A DNA stretch of 64,000 nucleotides from Syncephalis fuscata S228 (GCA_025786725.1 JAHLTZ010000017.1:62001-126000); one strand, 5' to 3'; counted from the stretch's first letter, positions 46,813-60,332 are shown. Numbers and translations are program-made. The notes: generated from the sequence alone by a model not told the origin.

Positions 46813-46930
46813 AACTACGTTCATTGCGCCTAGAAAGCACCGGATCCCGTCCGATCTCCGAAGTTAAGTTAGGCCGCGCTTCTGTAGTACTGCGGTGGGG
46901 GACCACGCGGGAATGAGAAGTAATGTAGTT
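46813..46930 (+). rRNA. 5S rRNA gene (dispersed copy)
   Basis: 118 nt; terminal helix AACTAC/GTAGTT; conserved GCACCGGATCCCGTCCGATCTCCGAAGTTAAG and TAGTACT..GGTGGGGGACCACGCGGGAA. Confidence 0.95.
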
Positions 46931-46937
46931 CAAGCTA

Positions 46938-47009
46938 TCTCTGTTAGTATAGTGGCAAGTATACCCGCCTGTCACGCGGGAGACCGGGGTTCAATTCCCC
47001 GACAGAGAG
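46938..47009 (+). tRNA. tRNA-Asp(GTC), intronless
   Basis: Acceptor stem TCTCTGT/ACAGAGA, D arm TAGTATAGTGG, anticodon arm CCCGC-CTGTCAC-GCGGG, T loop GGTTCAATTCC. Confidence 0.96.
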
Positions 47010-47012
47010 CTC

Positions 47013-47017
47013 TTTTT
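47013..47017 (+). terminator. Pol III oligo-T terminator after tRNA-Asp
   Basis: TTTTT 3 nt after the discriminator base; further T runs follow at ~47035 and ~47071. Confidence 0.75.
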
Positions 47018-47264
47018 GCGCCGTAGCGCTTTACTTTTTGCATTGTAGAACGTTTTGCAAAGCTATCAGCTTTTTTTGCATTATAGTGTGTGTAAAATCA
47101 ATTTAATTAAAAATCAGTAACAATAAAAGTCTGACAGTAAATATTATTTTATTCATTTTTACACAATAGTACTGATTGAATAAGTGACATGGTATTAATG
47201 AATTAATAAATGCTAGTTCGTTTTAATAGTCCCTGAGTTAATATTAAGTCAAATAAAAAATTGT

Positions 47265-48670
47265 TTTACTTTGAGTTTTATATTTTTTGGAAATAAAGGA
47301 TATGAAACTTCAACTACATTAAGTTTTTAATTGAAGTGGAGTATTATCAAGTATTAGCAAGCTTTATTACAAGTCATTCAAGATTAACGTAACTTTATTA
47401 ATATGCTTATTATTTTACTCAAAGTAGAATAATAGCAATATGTTATCATATATTTTACTTAGTTTATTGCTTAAATATAATAGTTTCTTGTTTATAGATA
47501 CCAACATAATACAATCAGTTACATTTAATACAGTTACATTGACACTGTTCATTTCAACAATAATGTCAGTGATTTATTTGTATTATTTTAATACACTAGT
47601 AATAAACAATTTATTAATCAGTTATTGTTTGTTTGGTGATCAAATGACTATTTAATAACATTCAATATATGAACATGTGATGGGTGGTGAGTGACATCAA
47701 TATTAAATATCATTATTGTAGATTTATTATCTAGTACACATATATCCACCATTTATCTATATCATTTCCATTCTATTCCACACCACCATATATCATTCTA
47801 CAATATACTAAACACATTCTATTGTTTATATGTTCCATTACACTTCATTTATTCCATACATTGCATTATATGCACTATAGCTTTAACATCGTTTTATATG
47901 CCTTCTTACTGTAGATTTATTATTTCATATACCATTTTATACTCGCATAGTCTTCCTCTGTCCAAAACTACTTTTATTTTTGTTCTATCACTATTATTAA
48001 TGAATGTTATTAAATGTAGTCATTTGGCCACCAAACAAACAATAAATGTAATGATTTAATTATTATTTTTTATCACCTGACTTCATGTTTAATAGAATAA
48101 GTATGTAGTTTACTACTTAAATGTCATCAATATAATCATTTAATCCCCAAATTCCACTAAATGGTTAATAAATTGTTTAATGTACAAAAATATTAGCTTT
48201 ATTTAATTAATAAATAAGTTAATATATACAATATGATAGTGCAGGTTATAAATTGAATAAAATTGTACATAAAAAGACAATGAATAAACTAAAGTATTAA
48301 TGAAAGAGTTGTTCAAAGGTGGAATAAAAGAAACAATAGAAATCGATTGTATAAAAGCAAATATAATGATGGAATATGCCATCAGTAAAACAATGAATGT
48401 AATAGGGAAAATACATGAACAATAAAGACAAGCATAATCATGGAACAGTGTCAACAGTGAAACAATGGTTGTAATAAAAATAGTAAATGACAAACAATAA
48501 AATACGTTTAATCATAGAATATGCCATTAGTAAAACAATGAAAGCATTGCCAAAAGAGTATTCCGAATAGATTATTATTTAAAAATTACCGTTGTATAAT
48601 GCTTCTAAATTAACATACGTAAAAATGTGGCAAATTGTACATTCAAAAAGGCAAAGCAATGAATTGCTAG
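47265..48670 (+). mobile_element. Long copy of the repeat family (rearranged interior)
   Basis: Left arm nearly identical to 20603-21090; 47700-48512 nearly identical to 63190-64000. Confidence 0.75.
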
Positions 48671-49158
48671 CTTATATATATATAAAGCATATCCATTTAA
48701 CAAGTCTGATTTTATTATAATTATAATAGAAAGTATGGAACTTAAAGCACACTTCAATCCAAATAGCATAATAACGACGTGGAGCGATAAACACGCGGTT
48801 AGTTTAAAATAGCATGTGGTTTTTAATCGACAAAAGGCAAGGTATAGTTAATAATATTACTTTATTCGTGGCGTAGTGTGCTATACCCGTGCCAAGGTCA
48901 CATTAAGAGAAAAGACAAAAACGTAATAGAAATTGTTAACTTGAACACTGTCCATTCGTGCATCTATGCAAAACGAAGTCAGCTAATCAACAACAGTTTT
49001 AATTAGTCAAGTCCGCCGGCTTATAGAGCTTGTACTTTAGCTTGTGATTTTTTTCTTGCATACATGTGCGGCATAAATCCATGCGTAGCAAAGATAGCGT
49101 TGCTTGTATTTAATTTTTGGAGTTATTGTACTCTAACTCCCATATCTTACAACTTTTC

Positions 49159-49263
49159 AAAAAACAAAACAAAATCAGTCAAATTCCTAATTCAAGCACT
49201 AATTTTAAAAAAAATAGATTTAGTGCTTGAATTAGGAATTTGACTGATTTTGTTTTGTTTTTT
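49159..49263. repeat. Perfect 44-bp inverted repeat with 17-nt spacer
   Basis: AAAAAACAAAACAAAATCAGTCAAATTCCTAATTCAAGCACTAA (49159-49202) and its exact reverse complement (49220-49263). Confidence 0.95.
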
Positions 49264-52200
49264 AGCGCATGTAATAAACTATCACGGATGCATATCCTTT
49301 TGTGCTGCCACATTAGCAATCAAGTGTTTTTTTTGCGCAAATAATAGTTGATTATACAAGTGTATGTATGGTCAGTGATGGTGTATTATTTCATTTAGTT
49401 TATTAATTTGTATTAAATTATTATTATTACATTGCTATTATAGAAATATCATTGCTTGTATTAATCAAATAATTTTTTTCCACAAAAACAAGCATGTTAC
49501 AGGTGATCCGCACGGTTAATACCCAACTATAAAGATACATGTGCAGCCGTTTTTGTGCATGGCTCATTAGTGGCTGTTTTCCCTGTGCATCCTTGTGAAT
49601 GCACAAGCAGCCAAAGAAACCGGTATTTGGCTGTTAACGTCTGGATAACCTGCCAGGGCTGGGTATACTTGCGTGGCAATAAATCAGCAACGATGAATGG
49701 CAGCTATTTCTGTCGGGCATTTTGTTTTAGCCGAGCAATGCAGCTATAGTATTGTTTGCTGCATATAGCGATTGCTACACTGCTACAAGTCAGTAAAGGG
49801 CCGACTTCAGCCTTTTCCTTTCTTTTCTCTGCTGGCTCGGCAATTGATGCAAACTACTATCGCTATACTCGGATTTGCCAAGGACTTTAGTCTATGGTCA
49901 ACACAGCGATGTGAAAGTATTGCTATGTCAAACTGCAGTACATCCATTTGAATTGGCAAAGACTGTATTAAAACCAATAAAAACTATACTTTATTTTATT
50001 AAAACACCATTTAGGAAATTTATAAAATAAACAAGTTAAAAATATCAATATAGCAATAGTAATTGCATCCATGCTGTTCTATAATTGAATTAGCAAATCT
50101 ATGGAAAAGGATTAGTGTCATGCTTACAGGAAGGCTTGTCATTTAGTCTCATGTCCTACAAAAGCATGGCAAACGTGCATTGCTTCCATGCAGCCACTTA
50201 TACCTATGCACTAGGAATGTGTTACGCCATACAGTGGGCCCTTGAACTTGGCTTTATTGGCACGTTTTAGTAGACACGATTTTGTATCGGTGCTAACAAA
50301 TACCGTGATTTAATTTGCCTGGCAGTTTATTAAAATAAGCAAGCAAATTCTTGGTGATTAATGCTGCAGTCTATCATTACTACCATTATTACAGCTACAA
50401 TCCAAAAAATAGTACCATTTTTAGCGATGAACACCATATAAAATACCAAAAAAGCTCAATACCCAAGGGAGTAGCCATTTTTGGCCAAACGAGCCATGTG
50501 CCTGTGCACAGTATTTTCCGAATTCCTCGGTCCGATCATTCTGATGTCATGCTGCTTCCTTTGCTAGCACAAATAGACCATTGCCAATTTGCACTACTGC
50601 TAAGAAATTAAAGCAGAATGCGTGGAAAGCGCACGTGAGATGCAATGCCAGCAATGATCAGGTGCCGTCGTACAACCTGCTTCCCATTCCTTGTGATTTA
50701 TGAACTTTGATGATATTGACACTATCGTTGTGGGTGCTAGTGGCCTTGTCCCAGCCTTCGCACGACAGGTCCCACATGAAAAGCAATTAAAATACTGTTT
50801 CTTCCCTTGACTTCATCCTACTATTGCATGCGTACAAGTGTGTATATGTGTGCGTGTGTGGAAAATTACAAGTATTGTATTGGTATTCATTTCTAGCAAT
50901 GGAGATCGGAGAAAGGAGCTTTGCAATTAACACTGGCAAAGCTGACACTTGTCACACGTCAAATCTCTGCAATACACGCAGTCCAACTCCTTACTAGGAA
51001 GTAAAACATCGATGAATTCTCTAGAGATATCATGCTGTTAATGATGCTAATTAATCGTAGTAATACTGAGACATTTACTAAAAATAGTGGCTATTTGGTC
51101 CTGTATCTTTCGGGAATATTCATCCAAGCAAATGTCCCACTTGTAGTAATTTCCCCTTAGTAAATAAATAGATTACCAGTTGCGGATCCTCCTCCCCTAG
51201 TCGATTAATTAACTTAAAGTTCAGTAGTGGTCGCCGCCACCGTACAATAAGTGCAGTTCGGCTTCCCCTCGCCTTGGTGTTCATTATCTCCGCGGTCACG
51301 TCGACACCCCTGGGTTAAGTCTCCTTTGCAACTAGCAGTTTTGTTGCAATTGTTGCAATTGTTGCTGCTCTTTTTGCCAATGCTCATTCTTCGTTACTGG
51401 AGAACAGGTCTGGGAAAGATTAGCGTGCAACTGCCTGCGCATGAGCACATACAGCCATGCTTAGTATTTTCATGGCCATGGCAAGGCTTATACAGCCAAA
51501 TGTACATGCTTGGTCACCATAATTCCGTTTGGTACCAGCTGTCTACCCAGTTTGGCGGTTTAGATACACACCATCATCTAGTGGCACGCGGCCAGATGGG
51601 TGTGCGCGTGTCTATTTGTCTGGCTTCACACGATCCACCGGCAAGCGTGCCATCTGGCATATCGCTATTGCCTATCCCGCTCATACAGTCATTTGGAATC
51701 CTCCTTTTTTAGACTCCTGGGTGGCGAAGGTGTGTTTCACGTCGCGTGCTCCATTGCTAAGTTGCCTGTTACGAGTAGGACAAATCAATACACGTTGACC
51801 ATACGACGGCGCCCCTACGTATTCCCTTTTCTTGTTACATGGACCATGTGGCCTGACCTTTGGCTTACACGCCACTCTCTACAACGGCAGCGGCATTGCT
51901 GCTTGCGTGCACTTGTAAAGACGTAGACCGGTCGCGTGGGCCACGGCGCTTGCGGCCGTCTATATAACCTGCAGCTCCAAATCTAGCATTACCCTGGTTT
52001 ATTTCTTTATTTTCTTTGTGTCTTTCCACTGCCTCCAACTGGTTTTCGTTTCAGATCTTCTAACTCATCACTCATCGAATGTCGTGGTGTTCCAGCTTTC
52101 ATTGAGATAATATACACCATACACACACACACATATAGTTGACAAGACTTTCCTATCGTCTTCCTTTGCCATACACAAATACCCATATACATTTATAGCT

Positions 52201-54136
52201 TTTTGCTAAATACGTAAAATTGGTGCTTGTATTGGCTTTATCGTCAATTCGATCTATCTCCCGTGCCTACTTGTACACCTCCACCATTATCGCCACCACT
52301 AACAAACAATTAAACACTTAAACACTCCAAATTATCCTAGTTTTCCCAATCTATTCCACACTTTATTCTCGTTTCTGTTACGCGTAATCAATCGCACAAT
52401 CCGATTCACGATTTCCCTATTTCTCTCGCCCGACTATCCGAGTTATCTTGCCCAATCACTATTGTCATTGCCATTATCACGCTAGTGATTTACCTTTTGT
52501 CATTACCTACTCCAACGTCGTTTGCTATCTATTTAAAGGTAAGAATTGCATTTGTTTGGCCCACATATAAATAGAGTCCTCGATTTTCTGGCTATTGGTG
52601 TGATCAGCGGCGATGCAGATGAAATGTCTCCCTGCAGCAGTGCAGGACCGCAACTGCACATTATGTATAATTTAAGCGGAATGCTAGCAGCTAGCTTCTC
52701 CGCACTTTGAATTTACCCGCACAATATTGCTATTTGAATGGGGAAAGGGGTGTTTTTTGAATATTACTGCTGCGATCTTTGTCGTGTTGGCGAATTCTAT
52801 CTGGTTTTTAGAATGCATTGCCATTTTAGGCACTGCTTGCCTGTATTTTGTGGATTGGTCAAAAATGATATGAAGTCACATTTGCTGCTCAATTAGTAGC
52901 AGTATCCATGATTTTTACCATTTTAATTAATCCACCCATCCACACACAAATACGCACCATTCATCCACACACACGCACACACAAGTTAGCTTAGAATGGC
53001 GCACATCATTCTTAAGGACAATGACCTATCACTGGCCATATTTCAGACCATTTGCTTTCCGAAAAAGGATAAGATACTAAGAAAAAGCAAGTTTTGTGCA
53101 ATGGACCAGTCATGTGTTGTTGTATGTTGGCGACCCTGTCATTTGGTGAACCAACTGGCATGTTTGAGCAAAATTGACTGCACTCTACAGCATTTTTTGC
53201 CTTTGACTTGCCACTTCGAAATTGCAACTGCACGTAGTTCCCCCTTGAGTGACGCATATCTATTCCGGTACATACGCGCACACACCACCATAACTACAAA
53301 ATGGTGGCTACCATTAGTTACCCATAGCTGCAGAACGACAGTAATGCACATGGCTTTTTTATATTCACACATCCATGCATCCTCTCTCTATTCATTTTGC
53401 AGCAACATTCAATCCAAACTCGGCATTCTTGGCGGCGTAGACCCCTCTCCTTGACTGTCGACAGACGTATTGATGACTATTTAGCGTCTGATGATGCTAG
53501 CAGTCAGCCACACATCAATGCTGCTCGTATTTTTATAGCGTATAGTAAATGTGCTTTGCCGCCTTTTCTACTCAATCTCCAGTACTCCCTTTCTTTTCTA
53601 CTAGCAGCCAATTTTATTGCATCATTAGAGCTGCTATTTGTAGTACTCCACCTAAGAACAGTGATACACAAGTGTATCTTGTACCATCATTACTGCTGTA
53701 CTCGTATCATTGTAGCCATTACATATTTGTAGCTACACGTATGCATTTGCATAATTGCATCAGCTATTCTGGTCTTTATTTGAATTAAAGGTGCAGCAGC
53801 AGCGGCGTTTTAATTGTGATGACAAAGCAAATAACTAACATTTTATTTTATATTCTATTACAATTTAGTTTGCACTCATTTGTTAGCTGCCAACTTATTT
53901 ACTAGCCTAAATAGTGTGATCGGTTTTTAAATCCATTTTTGGTTTCGCCTAATTAACAGTAAGTAACTAGCACATTAATAATTAATATATTAATCGTTAT
54001 AACAATCGATGTTTAGACGATTGTATTCATACTCGCTCTGATCTAGCAAGAATTGCTTTTTTGCAACAACTATATTCACCTGCTACTACAATAGCTATTA
54101 TCATTGCTATAGTCACAATTTTCTATTTCTTTCAAC

Positions 54137-55561
54137 ATGCAAAGCCAATCTACCTATTCGATGAGCCAAGAACGTATTCAGCGTGGTCGTGTTCCAGCAC
54201 CTCTTGTTATTTGCCCGCCTTCGCCTATTAGTCCGGCATTGATGAATGGTACGCGTTCCGTCAGCGGTCAATATATCGACGGACGCGCCTATCCAGTTGC
54301 TGGTCCATCTGGCGAAATCAGTCCAGTTAGTCCGACACATTACAGCCATCCTTTTACTCCGACTATGGCAACTAGCCAGCAATTGCCGTCGTTGCGCGAG
54401 CATCTGCACGCTAATTCGGGTGCCACGGTGACCGAGAGTCTTCCCAGCACACCGGTCAATCCAGCACGTCCTACAATCTTTGTAAATGCCACACCTATTA
54501 CCATGTCGGCTCCTACCTCACCGACGACACCTACCACGTCACAACAGCCACAGGTGGCTAAACTTCCCATTCTCGCGGCCCATACATCATCCAATGTGAC
54601 ATTGGCCAACAATACAACCGGCGCCACAATCAAGCGCAAGTATCGTTGCCAGTATCCAAATTGTGATAAATCTTTCACAACAAGTGGCCATCTTGCTCGT
54701 CACAATCGCATCCATACGGGCGAAAAGAACTTCCGCTGTCCAATGGAAGGATGTATGTCCCGTTTCTCTCGTCAGGACAATATGATGCAACACTATCGTA
54801 CACATCTTAGCGGCCGCTCTCGCCGCTTGCCAAACCGTATGCGTGGCTCCTCCGCTCAATTACAAGCGGATATTGAACGCCGCGAACAACGGGCTGGATC
54901 TGAAACGACCCTTGCACTATCTGGCCGCACACCACCAATGTCACCACGTGTGTTGCGGGCCAGTTTTGCAGCTCAACGCGGTAATATTATGGCAGGTATG
55001 ATCCAGCAACAGCAGCAGCAGCAACAACATCACCACCACCACCATAATGGTGCATCAAAGACAATGGAGGATAGTATGCAGTCTATTCAATTCGACTACT
55101 ACCAGCCGCCTACTTCTCCTACCGTATCGAGTCCGTCGATCGCCTCATCCGGTCGATCTTCGCCTAGCCATAACGAGAATGGTTCGCATTCCCCTGAACC
55201 ACAACAAATGCCATCTATGATGATGGATACAAGCGCTGCTACGACCACAACGGCTCCTTCACTCAACTTGCTATCGGCAACCTCGGCATTCCGTCATCCA
55301 GAGCGTCCTAGCGCCCTGTACCTTCCCCCACCATCACCTACAGTGATTCCCAGCTCTTCCGACAAGTTTCCTCGTCTTCCTGCATCGCCATCGGCCATGA
55401 CCGAGTATCGTGGCTTCACCTTCCCCACACACAACCAAACCGAGGTTGATGGCCATCAAGCGGCCTCTACAATGATGATGATGCGAGCCAATGCCACTGC
55501 ACGCACTTATCGTGCATCGTCTCTTGATACACTTGTTCAAGCTGCCCATACCGTTGGATAA
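54137..55561 (+). CDS. Two-finger C2H2 transcription factor, Nrg1-like
   Basis: KYRCQYPNCDKSFTTSGHLARHNRIHTGEKNFRCPMEGCMSRFSRQDNMMQHYRTH within P/S/T- and Q/H-rich disordered sequence; single coding exon. Confidence 0.88.
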   Translation: MQSQSTYSMSQERIQRGRVPAPLVICPPSPISPALMNGTRSVSGQYIDGRAYPVAGPSGEISPVSPTHYSHPFTPTMATSQQLPSLREHLHANSGATVTESLPSTPVNPARPTIFVNATPITMSAPTSPTTPTTSQQPQVAKLPILAAHTSSNVTLANNTTGATIKRKYRCQYPNCDKSFTTSGHLARHNRIHTGEKNFRCPMEGCMSRFSRQDNMMQHYRTHLSGRSRRLPNRMRGSSAQLQADIERREQRAGSETTLALSGRTPPMSPRVLRASFAAQRGNIMAGMIQQQQQQQQHHHHHHNGASKTMEDSMQSIQFDYYQPPTSPTVSSPSIASSGRSSPSHNENGSHSPEPQQMPSMMMDTSAATTTTAPSLNLLSATSAFRHPERPSALYLPPPSPTVIPSSSDKFPRLPASPSAMTEYRGFTFPTHNQTEVDGHQAASTMMMMRANATARTYRASSLDTLVQAAHTVG

Positions 55562-57223
55562 GCCATTTATTTTCTATTACCACTGCCATTGCGTCTATTT
55601 GCTTCTCTCTCTCGTTTTTCTCTCGTTTGCTTTCTTTTAGCATGTGTTTTCTCTGCGTTTACCGTTTATCGTTCTCTTTTAATCCCGCCTTTATTTGCCG
55701 CGTTTATTACCTTACCTTTTGTCGTTATTGCCTTTTATTTTTTTGTCGAAACATTCCCTGTTAGCCTAGCAAGCAATCAACGTTGATTATAACGTTATCT
55801 CGCATTTCCTTTGTATTTGCCGGGTCATTCTTTACGGCAACACTATATAATAATCACTATACCCATCTATCTTGTTGATAGATGCAGTATTGAATAGATT
55901 AATACCTGTATTGTTGGAGATATATGTCTAGCATGCGTAGTGGTCGCCAGGTGCGAGCCACCCCATTGTCCCGCGTAACACTGGACAGTCTTATATATTT
56001 CATGAACACTCGATTTACAACCTTTTACTTCTCTATTTTCTTTTACAATTTATTATCACTTGTGTATCTCACTTTCCTATTTCCGTTCTTTTTTCTATTG
56101 CCGCTGCATCTTTCCTACTATCCAGCGTTTAGATTCACTTTAAATTTTGATCACTCCAATTTTGTGTATTGTTATCACTGGAATTCGACCAGTTCACGGT
56201 AATGCACACAACAATTTGCACTGTTTTGTTTACTATCCATCTTTAACTTGCACCTTTATTTTTCCCTCAGCTGAAAGACCCCTTTCGTGCCGCGAGCAAG
56301 CTAAACTGGAACGATTCCCCAACATTGCTCGCCGGTTCTTTTTCAGAATCTTAAGATTTACAACTCTATACAAAGCCCACCGTCGGCAACATTATAAACA
56401 CCATCGTATCATCAAAATCTGAAGACTATTCCGAGTGCTATAATAGGCGCGCATCACACCCGCTACAATCAGCTTACCGTGTCGAATTGCGCAGCCTCCC
56501 TGGCCTCCTCCTTATACAAATTGATTAATAGCCTTCAGCTTTATTATACTTTTGGCCTTTCTATTGCAGTTGCAAAGAATACACATTTCTTCAACTGACT
56601 GTACCTATCTATTTTCTTTTATTAGACAATACATTTTTTGCCTATACTAAATATCGTTCAAATATAACATGTCGTGTGACTGTTTATAAATAGAAATAAT
56701 TGGTGCATTTGTCTATTACCGGTTACAGTGCAGATAACTGATGGCTATGTTTTTATCACGCGTTGGTTAACGTTTACCGAATGCTGGTTGCAACGGCATT
56801 GTTTAAAAATAGGTTTTAAAGTAGGCGTGGTGGATTATGTCTATGCAACATGCAATTTTGTATTACAGTGCCGTGCAGCTGTATGACCTTTGCGCAGTAT
56901 TTCCCACAGGTTCAGATCATCCGTAAGTTCCAAACTAAAGCACTGACTATGCCGAAGCCATAGTTGCTATTTTTAAAATAGTGGCTGCAATTAGCGTGAT
57001 AATCCATTATAAATACGCACACAGCTACGTATTACTTTGGCACAATATACCTCCTACGCTTGTTTCTTCTGAATATTTCTATTAGCAGTTAGTGCTCTGT
57101 ATTCATTACTGCTAGGTATTGAGTTTAATTTATTGCAACCATTCTTTGCAACAATATCATACAACCCTGTTCTTTATATTCCAAACTCTTTGTTTAGTTT
57201 ATTGCATCAAACCAATCAAAACA

Positions 57224-57800
57224 ATGAAGGCCGTAAAGCTTTTTATTACACTGTCCCTAATATCCGGTGGATTGCTGGTGGATGCCGCGTTATATAGGTA
57301 GGCTAGTCACGACGAACAGTCTAGTATATTGCTAATAGTCTATCTGTGGTTATACAGACGTCAAGATCAAACAGTACCCGAGGGGGTGTATGTGGCGGCT
57401 TCCGACCAGGACCAGTGCCCACCTGCCAACCTGAACTCGTGTGCAAGACTGACCCTATGATTCCTGATAAACCTGGTGTTTGTGTGCGACCAGAGCCAGT
57501 GATCTCCAATGAAGGTGGGCCATGTGGCGGATTCATGCTAAATCCTCCCCGTTGCGCTCGTAAACTACAATGCAAGCTTGATCCTACGGTTCCTGATAAA
57601 CCTGGCGTTTGTGTCGTAGCCAAGCCGCCTGTTTCAGGCAAAGGTGGGCCATGTGGTGGATTGTACAGAATCCTCCTGTATGCAGTTATGGACTGGTATG
57701 CAAGTATAATTCCAAGATCCGTGATGTACCAGGTGTTTGTGTAGACCCAAAGGACAACTGTACACCAAAACCACCACCACCACCGCCATCAAAGTACTAG
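57224..57800 (+). CDS. Secreted protein with three Cys-rich repeats (GG.CGG...C...L.C......PGVC) and a poly-Pro tail
   Basis: Signal peptide MKAVKLFITLSLISGGLLVDA, intron 57298-57357, three ~45-aa repeats with 4 Cys each. Needs +1 nt at ~57385 (G run) and ~57661 (T run) to be in frame. Confidence 0.8.
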
Positions 57801-58049
57801 TTGATTTATAATTTGAAATAAATGTTGCGTATTTTGAAATTTAAGCATTAGTTGTTACATTTAGTTCAAAAAACTTAATGTTGTCGCGAATCGGACTAAA
57901 ATCCGACTGACCGCTGAGACTTAAAAGTTATACAATATTCTTATATTTAAATAAACCGAGAATTCTTTTTTAATACGTATTATATGCACATTAGCATTAA
58001 TTTATTATTAAAAAATCTATTACTATATATTTATGCCTTTTAATAACAA

Positions 58050-59408
58050 CATGATTAACCATTTGCATTATTTGAGGGTCGAATGACTATATTGATAACA
58101 TTCGCGTAATTGAACTACATATTCAATCTATTGAACATAAAGATAAGTGGTGAATTTTATTAAATAATAAATTATTTAAATATATTGTTTGTTTGTGGTC
58201 AAATGACTTATTTAATAACATCCAATTTATTGAACATGACGATGGGTGGTGAGTGACATCAACCATCAAATACTCATTATTGTAGATTTATTATCTAGTA
58301 CACATATATCCACCATTTATCTATATCATTTCCATTCTATTCCACACCACCATATATCATTCTACAATATACTAAACACATTCTATTGTTTATATGTTCC
58401 ATTACACTTCATTTATTCCATACATTGCATTATATGCACTATAGCTTTAACATCGTTTTATATGCCTTCTTACTGTAGATTTATTATTTCATATACCATT
58501 TTATACTCGCATAGTCTTCCTCTGTCCAAAACTACTTTTATTTTTGTTCTATCACTATTATTAAGAAAGTTCGACTAATGTTGGTTATCTACTCATGCAT
58601 ATATACTCAATACTTTAACATTACTAATCTCGTTTAATATTGCATATTCAGTATAATATTTACCATTTTATTATATATTGGCTATACGCTGTCTATGGCC
58701 GTTTCAGTATGGTTCCGACTTTTTATTAATGAAAATTGACATATCGCACTTAGTTTGTTCACTGAGGTATATTGGTATAACAAATAATATGGATATGAAC
58801 GGAGTTATGTTTTATTAAGATTATTTATAAATAAACTAAATCATGTAAATTAGTTATGATTTTAATGCTAATCAAGTAAAGTAACGGGTATACATAGTAA
58901 TAACACATATTGTGATGATATATGTGTACTAGATAATAAATCTACAATGATGAGTATTTAATAATTGATGTCACTCACCACCCATCTCATGTTCGATATA
59001 TTGAATGTTATTAAATGTTGGTCATTTGATCACCAAACAAACAATAACTGATTAATAAATTGTTTATTACTAGTGTATTAAAATAATACAAATAAATCAC
59101 TGACATTATTGTTGAAATGCACAGTGTCAATGTAACTGTATTAAATGTAACTGATTGTATTATGTTGGTATCTATAAACAAGAAACTATTATATTTAAGC
59201 AATAAACTAAGTAAAATATATGATAACATATTGCTATTATTCTACTTTGAGTAAAATAATAAGCATATTAATAAAGTTACGTTAATCTTGAATGACTTGT
59301 AATAAAGCTTGCTAATACTTGATAATACTCCACTTCAATTAAAAACTTAATGTAAGTTGAAGTTTCATATCCTTTATTTCCAAAAAATATAAAACTCAAA
59401 GTAAATAG
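58050..59408 (-). mobile_element. Long copy of the repeat family, inverted relative to the 20.6-kb copy
   Basis: Reverse complement is colinear with 20598-21950. Confidence 0.75.
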
Positions 59409-59524
59409 CTTCTAGTTATCTAGTGACATTGTTGCTAATCCATTTACACAAACTGCTCGATCATCATCATCATCGAGTATTGTGCTATTTTTATTATTAT
59501 TACCACTATTATCATCTATTATTA

Positions 59525-60332
59525 TTATTCTATTACTGACCTAGATGAATTCTCTATGTTCATTTGATGCTTCTGGTAATCCAGTCGTCGATGAGTTGCA
59601 CTTACACTATGAACACGAGGCCGTAATCCGTTTGCGACTAAATCAAATCGAAATGAACGAGGAAATTTATGTGCGTCAACCAAGTGTAATCTACGTGTTC
59701 TAGGAGTAGCAAATCGACGTGTACAGCCTTCAACGTAACACTGATACTGCAAAGCATTGTGCAATACTACATCAGCCAATATTTACCAAGCAATTACCAA
59801 CTCATCAATTACCGTTTTCTCACCGCGTTCTCGACGAATAGCCACTTGTGGATCGTGAAACTCGGCCAGGTGAAGCTGAAGCCAAAAATCACCGGGAAAA
59901 ACTCGCCGATCGCGACACGTCTCACAGCGGTACCAATGGGCCAGTCGATGATGCTGCTCATAGTCAATAGTCGACCAAAAACGTAGTGGCCATCGATCAC
60001 ATCCAGGTGCCTCATAACAAATTATCGGCTCTCTTGGAATGGTAATACCCATGCTATACTGCCCATTAGCAACTATCTATACACCTATTTATTTACCTTT
60101 CCAAGTCCTCGTCTAATTCCGAGATTACTAACTTATTTTCTACAGTACCCATTTCATTCGTTTCTTCCTCAAAATGGTGCTGCTGCCGCCACAAGTGTCT
60201 ACGGGCAGCAACATTGCCTTCGAAAAAAAACGTATCATTTACCGGCAAACGCCGCTTCTTTAGCTGATACAAGCTACGTATCGCCAAAGAAGCAGCGGCT
60301 TTTTCTGTTTTTATTGTAGATACTTGATTCAT
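59525..60332 (-). CDS. ZNF511-like C2H2 zinc-finger protein, multi-exon
   Basis: CETC..RRVFPGDFWLQLHLAEFHDP, YQCYVEGCTRRFATPRTRRLHLVDAHKFPRSFRF. 3' end approximate. Confidence 0.75.

Noticed and set aside
49555-53788. Numerous 60-150 aa ORFs upstream of the C2H2 gene
   Set aside because: Overlapping frames, many non-ATG starts, no recognisable domains or consistent exon chain.
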